Counted from the first letter of the stretch, positions 1-11,297 are shown. The stretch: DNA of 64,000 nucleotides from an uncultured Acidobacteriaceae bacterium (GCA_963782085.1 CAWAIL010000024.1:42480-106479); one strand, 5' to 3'. Program-made: numbers and translations. The notes: generated by a model from the sequence alone, not told the origin.

Positions 1-3000
1 CACTCGGACATGGCGGTGCCGTCTGGCCAAGGTTGGCAGATCCGATGACGGAATTGTGAATCTCGTTGAAATAGCCGTTGCTGAAGTGCAATGTCCCGGC
101 CGTAAGCTGGTTGGCCGGTCCGAATCCCATGCCCTTCATATAGAGGTTGGTTGATCCCTCCGCCCAGAAGCAATCGCCGTAGCAGCCTTGGACCGAAATG
201 TTCTCCCAGACTTGCGGGTTGAAGGTATTGAATGATGGACCAGCCGCAACCTCGGCAAACTGATCGCTAGCACCGTGGATGAACTTCGGATAAATCGTCA
301 CCTGGCCTGAAGAACAGGTGTAGCCATTCATTCCTGTGCCGTTCGAACAGAGAATTCGCACGCTCTCTCGGCTGTCGGCGTTCAGGCTCGTAACCGTGCA
401 GCCCGTCGCGGTGCCTGCTGTGTTCGTCGACTGCCAGACTGTCATCGTTTGTGCCACATAATCCACCGCAGCGATTGCGATATTCGCAGCATTAAAGGTC
501 GGATCCGAGCAGCCCGTAATCGTCGCGATTTCGCCCGGTACGAATCGTGCTGAACTGGCCAGCGTGAAAACTGTTTTCCCCAGGCTTCCAGCCGCCGTCC
601 TCGCCGCGGTGCCGCCCACCGATGCAGTGCCGGCAATCGTTATCGCCGTGCCCACCGGAAGATGAGCCAGGTTGCCGTTCGTAAATGCAGGCGTGAGTGT
701 CGCAGCCTGGTTTGCCATAGGTATCGCTGCGCCCAGCGTGCCCGTTACCTGCTCGCTCGTGATCGTTCCCGGAATCCAATTCTCGTATTGCACTCCCCAC
801 CCGGAGCCATCGCCGTGCCATTCCTCGTTATAAGGTGCCACCAGCATTGAACCGAGAATCAGGTCGCCTTGAAGCATGAACTTGATTCCTTCATTGCTTG
901 GCACCGACAGCGCCGACGGATTATCCCAATAGCAGCCTCCAGTGCAAGGCAGAAGAATCGTTCCGCTGTGCCCGGGAAGCCCTCCGTAAGCATTCACCGC
1001 AGCCTGCAGCGCCGAGTCAATAGACGTCTTCCCATCGATAATCGCGCCAAAGGCTCGAATATCCTCGAGCGGCGAATTCTCAGTCACCATTTGCGCCGCG
1101 GTCACAGTGCCTTGCACGGCAATTCCTTGCTTCCCGTCCGATGTAATCCCCGGCATTAAATTGCTCACCGCGGCCGCCGTGCTCGCCACATCGCTCAAAT
1201 TGTTCGCAGGCAGCAGATTCCCGCTCGCCGTTCCAGTCACATTTCCAGTGAGCGGCCCGCTAAACCCTGGCGCGGACAATGTACCCGTCAGCGTGCCGCC
1301 GCTTGCTGAAATACCACCCAGGCTCGCCAGAGCCGCAGCAGCCGTCGAAGCACCAGTCCCGCCCGCGCTCACCGGTACCGTGCTCGTTCCTCCAACCGTC
1401 GTCCCATTCGTCGTGTAATAGGCGATCTGTCCCGTACTGCCCGAATTGACCGCGCCGTTCGCTGCCTCCCGATCCCGTTCCGCAGGCGACCCGGTATTCG
1501 TGATGTATCCGGAGTTATCGATCTGCAGGCAGTAGTGTCCCTGACGAAGCCGCCAGCCCCGGAAACTTGATGCTTGTCGGCCCCAGAAATGCCGCAACCA
1601 GGTTCGCGCTCGATCCCGAGTAGATATCCGTCTCCGCTCCCGATCCGCTTCATAATTCAGCCGGATATGTCCGGTCGAGTTGCTCGCATCGATATAAGTG
1701 TCTCCGCTATTCGTGCTTTGATACGCCTTGAAGCTGTCCAACCCGCCAGTCGCCGAGTTAAGCGCCCAGTTATTGCTCGCATCCTTCACCATGTACCACT
1801 GGCTGTTGCCATTCCAGTCCTTGTAAGTGTAACGATCCCTTCTGGCTCGTCGTAAGTCCGGGCCACAGGTAGTAATCCACCTCTGCATCGGCGTTGTTGC
1901 GCACCGTCATGGTTCCCGTCGATTGCGACGTTCCACCCACCAGCAGACGTCCCATTAAACTGCGCATTGCCCGCATTGCTCACCGTCGCCACTGTCGTCT
2001 GCGTCGCGCCGCCGCTGAGCCAAAAGTCACGCCGCCCGTTCCGGCGTTCGTTCGAGCAGTTGAAGCACCATGCTCCCGTCCCCGCTGCGTTCAATCGCCG
2101 TTTGGTTGTTTGTGCTGCTCTGCCCGTGGTTCCACTGCCGATCTGCAACCGGTACACGTTGTTCAGCAGATCCTGAATCTGGTAAAGCTGCTGCCCGCCC
2201 GTCGCGTCGCTAAGCCCGTCGATCCACCGGTAGCCGTAGTCTGTCTGGATCTCGTTCAGCAGCCCGCGCTCGTTCCCCGTCCCAATCCCCAGCCGGAAGT
2301 GATTGGTCAGCGTCGCGTCCTGCTGGCTTCCGTACCAGTCACCATTCAAGGCGTTGAAACTCCGGTGAAATGTATCGAGGAAGCTGTTGCGCGTTCCGTT
2401 GTCGGTCAGCTTTCCGGTGAACATCGTGCCGCCGGTCATCCAGCTGTTGTACGCGCTCCCCGCGTCCGCCACCACCTGGCTCGTCGAGTTCTCGTTCCGC
2501 AGTCCCACGATCGTGTTGTTCTGCGCGTTCGGCCCTAAGTGCAGTGCCGTCGAGCATCCCTCTACATCTCCTCCCGTAAACGTGTTTCCGTCGCCCTGTT
2601 GTAAGTTGATTCCATAAGTCCCGCTGATCGGGTTCCCTCCGCTCGTCGGGCAATCGATATGCAGCCGCACAAATGTGCTCGCATTCATCCAATCCGTCGT
2701 CGCCGGATTCGTCACCTGGTGCCCGATCGCATTCACCGCCGTCCCGAATCCGCCGAACTGGTCGTCCAGGAACGTTCCGCCCGTGTAATTCCCGGTTCCA
2801 TCCAGCGTCATGCCCGTCTGGTTTGAGTTACCCAGGAAATACAAGCTCTCAAGGTCCATCTCCTGCGTCCGGATATGCAACCAATCCCTGCGCCGTCGCG
2901 CTCGTCGCTGCCGTCGTATTGATCACCACATTGTCCAGGTGGAAGCCCGGAGTATCCACCGCATAAGTCGGATCGCCCACCTGCACCATCGCGCCCGATC

Positions 3001-5541
3001 CGGAGTAGGCAAACGCCGTTCCGCCCTGGCTTCCGCTCGCCGTGCTTCCGCCGCGCAGCGCGCATCCGCGCAGCGACACATTCCGCGTTCCCGCCGTCAC
3101 CACAATCTGATTCGCCGTCGTGATCGTCGCGCACGGCAGCAGATACCGACGTGTTTCCGGTCGAGATCGTCAGAGTTCGATCCCATCGACAGGTTGCCCG
3201 TGAAATTCCGCGCATCGCACGTCCCGCCGTAACTCGCGTTCACCGCATTCACGCACGCCTGAATCTTCGCGCCAATATCCGCACCCGGAAATTGATCCAC
3301 CTGGTACGCGCTGCCAACGGTGCTCGCTTCCAGCCAAGTGCGGTATAAGTGCCTCCGCCCGGCAGCGCTCCCCCGCCGCCATCCAATTGCGTTCCATAAC
3401 TCGCCGAGCTCCCCGCATTCCACACCGTGTATCCGCCGTTGCCCTTCAGCAGGTTTCCGGCAAAGAACGTCATATTCTGCCCGCCGATCAGATTCACCGG
3501 CGCGGCCGTGTCCCACGTCCCCGTCGCGTTCATGCTCGCCGTCGTCGTCGACGAGCAGCCCACCCCGCCCTGCGTCACGGTCACGCCTGAAATTGATCCG
3601 TTCGCGTTCACTGCCGCATTCGCCTGCGCCGTGCAGCTCCCACTGAATGCAACCGGCACGCTCGCCCCATACGGATCCCAGCCCAAGCCCGTGCTCGTTC
3701 CCCAGCGTCACCGCAGTCACCGCGCCGCCCGCCGCCGTCACCGTCAACGCCGGCTGCACCGCGTTCCACGTCGGCATCACCACCGCATTCCGCACCGTCC
3801 ATCCCTGCGCGTTTCCCGCTCAGGTCCAGCACCAGCCCCGTCGGCGGCTCGCCCGTCGCCGAGGAATTTCCCGCCAGCGCCACCACGTTATCCAGCACAT
3901 TGTTCGATCCCGCCGCCGCCGTAAATGCGTGCGTCGCCTGGATCGTCACGTTCTGCCAGCGATTCGAATCCGCATTCAATCCCGCCGGCGCCGTCACCGG
4001 CAGCGCCGGAATCGCCACGCCCGTATTCAGTCCGCGAATGTCGATATTCCGGAACTCGCTCCACTGCGGCCACTGCGCCAGATACATCCCGCACGTATGC
4101 GTCGAGTGCGCTCCCGGATACTGCGCCGCCATCGGATCCGCGCCCGTCGTCGCAATCTCCACGTTCTCAATCTCCGCCACGCGCAGCCCGTTTCCGCCCG
4201 CGCCCGTCGTGGCCTGCATCGCAATCGCGCAATTGCCCACCCACCATGCCTGCGCCCGATCCCGCCGTTCCCGTCAGTCCGTTTCCGCCCGGCGAAAAAA
4301 TCGAATTCGTCTTCCATCGGCCGGCTCATCTGGCAGGTTCCCGCCGTCGCGCGGCCCTCCGCCGGCGAGCACGAGACATCCACGCTCTGGTCCACATAAA
4401 TCGTCAGATCGTGCAGCCGCGTATAACTCAGAATGTTCGTCGCGTCCGGCCCGCTTGCCAGCACATCCTGTCCCGGAAATCCCATCAGCGCCGAAACCTG
4501 CTTGCCCAGTCCTCCAATCGATTCCCCATGCCAGCTCAGCGTCCGCGTCTTGCATGTTCCTTGTGGAATCGTCAGCGCCACACCGTGCGCATTCTGCATA
4601 GTTCAGCGCTGCCTGCAGCGCATTCGTGTCGTCGGTCACGCCATCGCACACCGCGCCGAATTCCTTCACGCTGCGCTCCGTTTGCTGCGCCGCCATCGTC
4701 CGCAGATCCGTCACCTTCACGCCGTTCGAATTCGTGAACGCTATCCGTTCCCGCATAGTTCGGCGGAATCGTCATCGCCCCGTTCGTCCCCGCCGCATTC
4801 ATCGCCGCCTGCAGCGTCGTCTGCGCGCTTCGCTGCCGTTGGCGCTTGCACTCCGTTCACCGCTCGGTGTCGTCAGCGCGCCCGTCATGTTTCCGCCCGC
4901 CAGCGGAACCGCTGTCGCCACCTGCGTGTCCACATAATGTTTGTTCGCCGCCTGCAACGGTTGCGTCGGATCGCCATTCAAATACAGCGGCCCGGTCAGC
5001 GTGCCGCCCGCCGCAGTCAGAAGGCTCCCGTTCCAGCTCTTCTATCGCCTGGTCCACATATGCCTTGCTCACCGTCTGCACGGCCTGCGCTGCCGGCATC
5101 ATTTGCGCCTGCACCTGCCGCCAGGCTCGCCTGCGCCGCCGCCGGAACGACCCAGTACTGCGTGCTCGCCGTCCCGTCGCTCATGTAGTAAACGGCCGTG
5201 TAGTACTCTCCCGCGGGTGTCGCGCCTAGATTCGGCGCGAGGTTCACGCTCACAAATCCATCCGGCGCAATCGTCACCGTCGTCGAGTCCGCGGCCACCG
5301 CCTGGCCCGCCGCCGTCGTAAACGAAGGCCAGCTTATCACCAGTGTTCCCGCGCCCGGCTGCCCGTTCGCCAGGTACACCGTCCCCTGCACCGTCGTCGT
5401 GCTCACCGCCTGCGCCAGCGCCATCGCCGCCAGAATCGCCATCAGCAAAAGTGCAGCAATTCCGCGACCCAGAAGATTCACACATTTCGTTTTCATCGTT
5501 GCACCATGCCGCCGTTCATTTTCTGTGAGCTTCATTTCCAT
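1..5541 (-). CDS. Giant secreted protein with phage tail-fibre/tailspike-like repeats and several beta-helix (pectate-lyase-3-like) modules; runs off the left edge; several apparent frameshifts
   Basis: Joined ORFs 5017-5595, 4857-5114, 4799-4981, 4274-4756, 4027-4599, 3608-4240, 3249-3686, 2849-3103 and 1786-2880, plus a manual reading to base 1. Signal peptide (GIAALLLMAILAAMALA-QAV). Motifs GDPTQPLQAANKHYVD, VKEFGAVCDGVTDDTNALQAA, GGTGASTAAAALASLG, NNLSDVASTAAAVSNL and DIRAFGAIIDGKTSIDSALQAA. Start could be 5541, 5535 or 5496. Confidence 0.75.
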
Positions 5542-5613
5542 CGCTTCCTTCTTTGCTGCGAAAATCCTGACACCGCGGAAATCTATCCCCGCCAACCTGA
5601 ATTCGCAACCGCG

Positions 5614-5763
5614 TACTAACTACTAAGATCACTAACTGATCCCCGGTCCCTTACCCTTACCCTTACCCTTACCCTGACCCCTGATCCCTGATCCCTTACC
5701 CTTACCCTTACCCTGACCCTGACCCCTGACCCCTGATCCCTGACCCTGATCCCTGACAACTAA
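5614..5763. repeat. Short tandem 6-7-mer repeats (CCCTTA / CCCTGA / CCCTGAT); G-quadruplex-prone on the minus strand
   Basis: ccttacccttacccttacccttaccctgacccctgatccctgatcccttacccttaccc... read directly from the sequence. Confidence 0.9.
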
Positions 5764-6270
5764 TTACTGTCCCTCCGGCTCTTTCCCTCCCGTGCCCAAC
5801 TCGGATTGTCCTTCCACTGCCTCATCGGTTTCGCTCTCCCATTCCTCTTCCGATCCCAGCAGATCCGCAGCCGTCAGCCCGCCGTGCCGGCTCGATAGCG
5901 CACCGCCCTTCTTCTTTTTTTCAATCAGAGAGAACATCATTTCCGTGCTGCGCTTATCTCCGTCCACTACTTTATGCACCAGAGCTTTGGCAATTTCGGT
6001 GCTCTTGGCCCGAATCGCCTCTTTGACAGCTTGGCGAAGCACCTTCCTTACTTTCTTGCTCTTCTTCCCAGCGTCATTCTTATTTCCGTTTCTATTTCCA
6101 GTGCCTGGTTTCGCCTCTTGTTTCGCGCTACTGTCAGTGTTCCCAGTAACATCCGGACTTGTTGCTTCTACGGCTACCTTTGCAGGTCCGTCCTCGCGAA
6201 CTGGCTCATTCTTAATTCCAGCCCGCTTACCCCGCTTACTTAGCACTTTGTCAAGCTTGTTAATCGCCAT
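5764..6270 (-). CDS. Lys-rich hypothetical protein resembling DUF5681/terminase-small-subunit-like proteins
   Basis: Intact ORF. Basic N-terminus, helical segment IAKALVHKVVDGDKRSTEMMFSLI (resembles ...LVxKAxxGDxxAxxxL...), acidic tail. Family assignment is by motif recall only. Confidence 0.5.
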   Translation of the reverse strand: MAINKLDKVLSKRGKRAGIKNEPVREDGPAKVAVEATSPDVTGNTDSSAKQEAKPGTGNRNGNKNDAGKKSKKVRKVLRQAVKEAIRAKSTEIAKALVHKVVDGDKRSTEMMFSLIEKKKKGGALSSRHGGLTAADLLGSEEEWESETDEAVEGQSELGTGGKEPEGQ

Positions 6271-6310
6271 ATTCCCGCCACCTTTGCCCTTCAACCTCTC
6301 CAGAAACACG

Positions 6311-6338
6311 AAGGGGCAGCTGCAATCAGCTGCCCCTT
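6311..6338 (-). terminator. Perfect 12-bp stem hairpin, probable intrinsic terminator or attenuator
   Basis: AAGGGGCAGCTG-caat-CAGCTGCCCCTT, followed by CGTGTTT on the minus strand. Confidence 0.6.
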
Positions 6339-6446
6339 CCGGTCCATCATTGCTCCAGCGCTTCGTTGTCGAGTTCCTGCTTGTTGCCAGGCGGAACGTT
6401 CGCTGTTCTTTTACGCCCCTTCGAACAACTTCTTTGCCACTGACTA

Positions 6447-6554
6447 CAGCTTAACCAAAATCACTTTAATTATCGGCACTGTTTGCAAAAAATATTTGCT
6501 GACCAGTTTCAGCAACTTACATCCAAAATCGCGACCGGGGCACTTGACAAGTTC
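6447..6554. repeat. 108-bp degenerate direct repeat, copy 1 (AT-rich, promoter- or site-like)
   Basis: Aligns without gaps to 7264-7371; 79/108 identical by manual count. Confidence 0.85.
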
Positions 6555-6733
6555 AAAAGTAGGCGTCGCCGTCGGCCAAAAAGCCTGCCTTTGACTCCGG
6601 AAACCAGACATCGTCGGAAGCACGAAATCACTCGGTCGCGATATTAGCCCCGGGTGTCTGATCCCTGGTCGTGTTCTCTAGTCCCTGATCCTGAGTATCT
6701 AAGTCTCTAGCCGCATGTGCTTATACCAATGTC

Positions 6734-6789
6734 GGGTGCCCCATCCATGGAACGGCATCATCGTTTCATGGGTGGGAAAGCACGAAATC
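6734..6789 (+). repeat. REP-like palindromic repeat (GGGTGCCCC...GGGTGGGA family)
   Basis: gggtgccccatccatggaacg...cgtttcatgggtgggaaagcacgaa hairpin; shares its head with REPs at 37229, 38395, 63433 and 63555. Confidence 0.6.
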
Positions 6790-6803
6790 ACACCATTGCA
6801 GTA

Positions 6804-7157
6804 CTAGTCTTCCTTGCTCGCCAGCTTTCTCCTCCACTGCTGTCTCTCCGCCAACTCAAGAATCGTCTTTCCCCCACGCGGCACAATTGCATACACCAGC
6901 TTGCAGTCCATTGCTCCAGCTGCTTTTTCCAACGAATTCAGACTGATCGCCTTCTTGTCCTCGCTCTTTTCCAAGCGGTGAATCACCGATTTGTTCACAC
7001 CAAGGTCCCGCGCAATATCCGTCACATGCGCGCCCAATGCCAGCCTTACCCTTCTTAGCCAGTGCGGATAATAAGATGCCTTCTTGCCCGCAATTCTGAA
7101 AAACTTCAACTCCCGGTCCAGTTTCTCCCGTTCAATCGCTCGTTTCTCGCTCACCAT
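6804..7157 (-). CDS. XRE-type HTH protein, mobile mystery protein A-like
   Basis: WLRRVRLALG...IARDLGVNKSVIHRLEKSE...ISLNSLEKAAGAMDCKLVYAIVP matches the family pattern (W.RA.R.ALG...LEKSE....TL..L..AA.AL.C...YA.VP). Confidence 0.75.
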   Translation of the reverse strand: MVSEKRAIEREKLDRELKFFRIAGKKASYYPHWLRRVRLALGAHVTDIARDLGVNKSVIHRLEKSEDKKAISLNSLEKAAGAMDCKLVYAIVPRGGKTILELAERQQWRRKLASKED

Positions 7158-7263
7158 CGATCTCTTCCTCGCCTTCCAGTCCTTTTGGTATTTGGTTCCC
7201 TTGGTTCCGTCAAATTACTTATCTGGCTTTCTCAATTCTCTTCTCTCTCATCTCTACCTTCCC

Positions 7264-7371
7264 CAGCTTAACCAAATACATGGTAATTACTAGCAATGTT
7301 CGCAAACTATATTTACACCGCATTTTGAATCACTTACAAACAAAATCTCGATTCGGGCACTTGACAAGGTC
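7264..7371. repeat. 108-bp degenerate direct repeat, copy 2
   Basis: See 6447-6554; shared blocks CAGCTTAACCAAA, ACTTACA, CAAAATC and GGGCACTTGACAAG. Confidence 0.85.
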
Positions 7372-7577
7372 AAGGAGCTCAGCTTCTTCGATCCATCCCT
7401 CTTTCTGGTTCAGCTTGAAATGAACAACCGGCGTCTTCCGCTGGCAGATTGAGAGTTTGTCTCCAACTGACTGCACAAAGTTGATCTGTTTGGCGGATGC
7501 ATTAAGCGTGGAAATGCACTGAATCGTATCCGGAGAATGAACGGGGCGCCTGCGTCGCGCATAAAAGCGCCCAATCA

Positions 7578-8399
7578 TCAGTTGGCGCTCGGGCGCTCGA
7601 TGCGCTCCACGGTGTATACCGGCAAGATGTCCTCTTGCCGCTTCAGTTCGAGACCGAGTTTGCCTAGGACCGTGAAGATCGTTGGGAGACCGGCGAAGGG
7701 GTTCGCGGCTGGGGTGGCATTCGGTGGCGGAGGGGGCAGCCGCATGGGGACCCAGCCTTCCGTGTTTACGGTGAACAGCCCGCTGAGCGCCGTGCGGTTC
7801 ACGACTGGCAAATCCGTCCAGTTCCCAATGTAATGGGCAAGGTCGTCCATATCGATGGCTTTTGCATTCAGGGGATGGCCCAAGCCGCCAACAAAGTTAT
7901 GGCAACCTTCCGGGTCGGTATCGAAGGTGCAGTCCTTCTCGGCGATGGCCGACTTCTGGAGCTTCGGACCTCCGCTGGCTACGGTGAGAGCATAAACTGG
8001 CATCGTTTTATTCTCAACGCCGCATCACGAGTCTGAAACGATCGGCGAGCAATCTGCGGATCATTTGCTGAATTCGGCTTCGTACTTCGCCGTCCTGAAG
8101 ACTGGGAGGGATGGCGTTGGCGGGCGCTTTCGCTTCGATATCGTACCTCTCACGAACGGTCCAGTCGGGAAGAGGGGAAAGACGCGGCGAAGGGTTGACC
8201 GGCACGTCGTAAGCGTAACTCAAAAGCGTAATCACAGGGACCGCACGTCGCAATCAAGTCACCGTTAGGCAGCACTTGCATGCGCGCGTTGCGCGGGTCG
8301 GCTGAGCGGGCAGGGCTTTATGGTGATCGTTGCAAATGCTTGCGACTGAGCGACGGCAGGCAAAGCCACGAGCAAGTATACGACCGCTCGGCAGAACAT
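7578..8399 (-). CDS. TIGR03435/DUF3738 family secreted protein (frameshifted)
   Basis: Signal peptide MFCRAVVYLLVALPAVAQ; motifs YDIEAKAP, LLADRFRL, PVYALTVASGGPKL, PVVNRTAL, LGLELK, VERIERPSAN. Confidence 0.85.
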
Positions 8400-8549
8400 G
8401 GACACGGTCCACCCTCCATAGCAGGATTCGACACCTGTAAAGCAGAGTTTGTTCCCGGCCAGCCGGTTCCCCGTCGGGTTAGCTCACAAATGCCAACTGG
8501 CGTTCCCGATGTCACATCGAGCTGCCGCGAATCGCAATGATCATGAAAC

Positions 8550-8694
8550 ATTCGCCACTTTTTCGATTTCTAACGACCTCCAGGTCGAGGAATTCGCAAA
8601 AACCACCACCTGTAGGTCTACGCTTTTTCGAATTGCGAATGCGTCACTTTCTGCCCGCCTCTCTTCGGTCGATTTCATCCACCCGCAGGTCATC
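8550..8694. repeat. 145-bp element with spaced ACCTGCAGGT-like palindromes, copy 1 (inverted relative to 13869-14013)
   Basis: Palindromes at 8575, 8607 and 8680. Core 8603-8656 is 50/54 identical to the reverse complement of 13907-13960. Confidence 0.85.
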
Positions 8695-8773
8695 GCTAAA
8701 AGCCAGCTTCCAGCCCACGCCACGCTGACTTGCTGGCTCGCTGACTCGCCGACTTGCTGATACGATCTTCCCT

Positions 8774-10941
8774 ATGCTTCGTTCGTCTCGCGGTCTTCTC
8801 CAGGTCGCAGCGGCACTGGCAATATCATCGATGGCTGCCCTCTCTTCTGCCGCACAGGACATGGCCGCGCCTTCAGCCTCGAGTGCCGCGCGTGTGAACA
8901 AAATTCTTACCAGCATCGCTCGCGCGCGCATGATTGGACAGGTAGCCGTATCGCCCGACGGCAAGCGCCTCGCGTGGGTGGTGGGGAACGAAATTCGCGT
9001 GGCTCCCATTGATAATCCTGCAGCTGGCCAGCGCGTCACCGCCGCCGCCGTCGCCCGATCAGCAATGTGCAGAATCTGGCCTCGCCTGGTCCCCGGATTC
9101 GGCAGCGCTTGTCTTTTCCTCTGATTGCGCACAACCCGGCGAACAGCTCGACCTTTACCTCTCCCATCTCGACGGCAATGTCCCGCAACGTCTCACTGCA
9201 CTCCACGGCGATGTCGCTGCGCCTGCCTTCTCGCCCGACGGCAAGTGCATTGCATTCCTTTACGTCGAAGGGGCCACGCGGCCTGCGGGCGCGCTCGCCG
9301 CTATGGACGCGCCCTCCGGCGTCATCGGCGAAGATCACATCGAGGTGCAGCGCGTCGCCGCTGTTTCTGCCGACTCCGGCCAGCCTGCCACTGGCGATTT
9401 CCTCACGCCCGCCAACCTCCACGTCTACGAATTCGACTGGTCGCCCGATTCCAAATCTCTGGCCTACATCGCCGCCGATCCACCCGGCGAAAACAACTGG
9501 TGGGTCGCCAAGCTCTATGCGTCCCGCATAATCGAACGCATCGAGTTTCAAGGGAAGGTTGTTACCCGCGATATTGTGGGCGACACCCCACGTCAAATCC
9601 TCGACCCCGTCACCGTCTCCGGCCCGCTCCACGGCCTGCAAATCGCCGTTCCCCGCTGGTCGCCCGACGGCAAAGCCATCGCCTTCATCGGCGGCCTGAT
9701 GAGCGATCAGGGCGTCACCGGCGGCGACGTCTGGCTTGTCTCCTCTGCGGGCGGCCAGCCTCGCAATCTCACTCCCGGACGGCCCACTTCTTCGCAATGG
9801 ATCGCATGGGACGGCGACGGAAACATCTTCTCCGCCGAGGTTGCTGGCGGCAACTCCCAACTCGTACGCCTCAGCATTTCCGGCGACCGCACAAGCGAAA
9901 GCGTTGCAACCAGTTTCTCAGCGCCACTCTTTTGTCTTCCGATTTCCGTTGGCTCAGCTCGCTCCGCCACCAGAGAATCTCGCCATCATCCGACCGCTCT
10001 CTTTTCGTTTTTCTCGCCAGCAGCTTCAATCATCCGCCGGAGATCTTCGCATCTGGGTCAGCCGCGCCGCTCGCCGAGTCTTCCGGTGACTTTGCCGGCC
10101 TCACTCAGCTCTCCCATTTCAACGACGCAGTCAAGCCACTTCAGGGCCGTTCCGAATCGCTCATCTGGACCAACGAAAACTTCCACATCCAGGGCTGGCT
10201 CCTGCTCCCCGCCAACTACGATCCGGCGAAAAAGTACCCGCTCATCGTCGAGGTCCACGGCGGTCCTGCCGCGTCGATTCAATCGCACTGGGGAATGGGA
10301 GGTGGCCGCTTCAGCGCCAGCGGTCTTTTCCGAACTCGGCTATTTCGTCCTCAAGCCCAATCCGCGCGGCAGCTACGGTCAGGGCGAGGCCTTCACCCAG
10401 GCCAACCGCAAAGACTTCGGCTACGGCGACCTGCGCGACATTCTCGCCGGCGTCGACACCGTCCTTGCGCAAATATCCCGTCGATCCCAATCGCGTCGGC
10501 ATCGCCGGCTGGAGCTACGGCGGATTCATGACCATGTTCGCCGTCACCCAGACCCATCGCTTCCGCGCCGCGGTCGCCGGAGCCGGCATCTCCGATTGGC
10601 TTTCCTACTACGGCGAAAACTCCATCGACCAGTGGATGATTCCGTACTTCGGCGCATCGGTTTACGACGACCCGCAGGTCTACGCCAAAAGTTCCGCCAT
10701 CAAGTTCATCAAGAACGTCACCACCCCCACCCTGTCTGTCGTGGGCGATCGCGACGGCGAATGCCCCGCGCCGCAGTCCTTCGAGTTCTGGCACGCCCTG
10801 CGCGATCTGCATGTTCCCAGCGCAGTTGGTCGTTTATCCCGAACGAGGGCCACGGGCTTGTCCGATCCCGCCCATCGCCGCGATGTTTTGCAGCGCGCCG
10901 TCGACTGGTTTGCGCGGTACATGCCCGCGAACTCGAAGTGA
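8774..10941 (+). CDS. Secreted S9 family peptidase (dipeptidyl-aminopeptidase/acylaminoacyl-peptidase-like) with TolB-like propeller; frameshifted
   Basis: Signal peptide; repeated WSPDG/FSPDG; VEVHGGP; NPRGSYGQG; catalytic GWSYGG; VVGDRDGEC; EGHG. Confidence 0.9.
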
Positions 10942-11297
10942 ACTCCGTGCACACGATGCGATCTTAGCTCGCTCGCATCCGGGGCGCCGTAACGAGTGCG
11001 CTTTTCCTGCTCGCCAACCGAGCTCCGCGGAGTCTATTGGATCAAAGGCTTTGCCCGTTCCAGACAATGCCAGAGGTAGCCCCATCCTGATACACTTTTT
11101 CTCTTGGAGATTTCAGTGTGCGTTTCGCCTCTTCGGCCGCATGCGGCAGCGTGCCGCCGGGGCTCTCGCGGCTGCGGCTCCGACCGGTTGCCCGCCGGCC
11201 GTGGACCAGGGCAGATGATGGGCGGCATATAACTCATTTTTCTTTACGTGTTTTTGAGACCGTTCCGCGGTTCGACGGCGCGGAACGGGGAGGATTC

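Noticed and set aside
5634-5760. True telomere or eukaryotic contamination
   Set aside because: The tract is short, degenerate, internal and flanked by bacterial genes; related heptamers recur at ~6655-6712.
1-7400. Diversity-generating retroelement targeting the tail-fibre-like gene
   Set aside because: No reverse transcriptase and no TR/VR pair with adenine-specific mismatches is visible. The 108-bp repeats are intergenic and their mismatches involve all bases. The gene's 3' end is outside the window.
1-7400. Intact prophage
   Set aside because: No integrase, large terminase, portal, capsid or lysis genes lie within the window.
7330-7578. 82-aa minus-strand ORF
   Set aside because: No recognisable motif, and it runs into the 108-bp repeat. 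It may be a remnant but cannot be supported.
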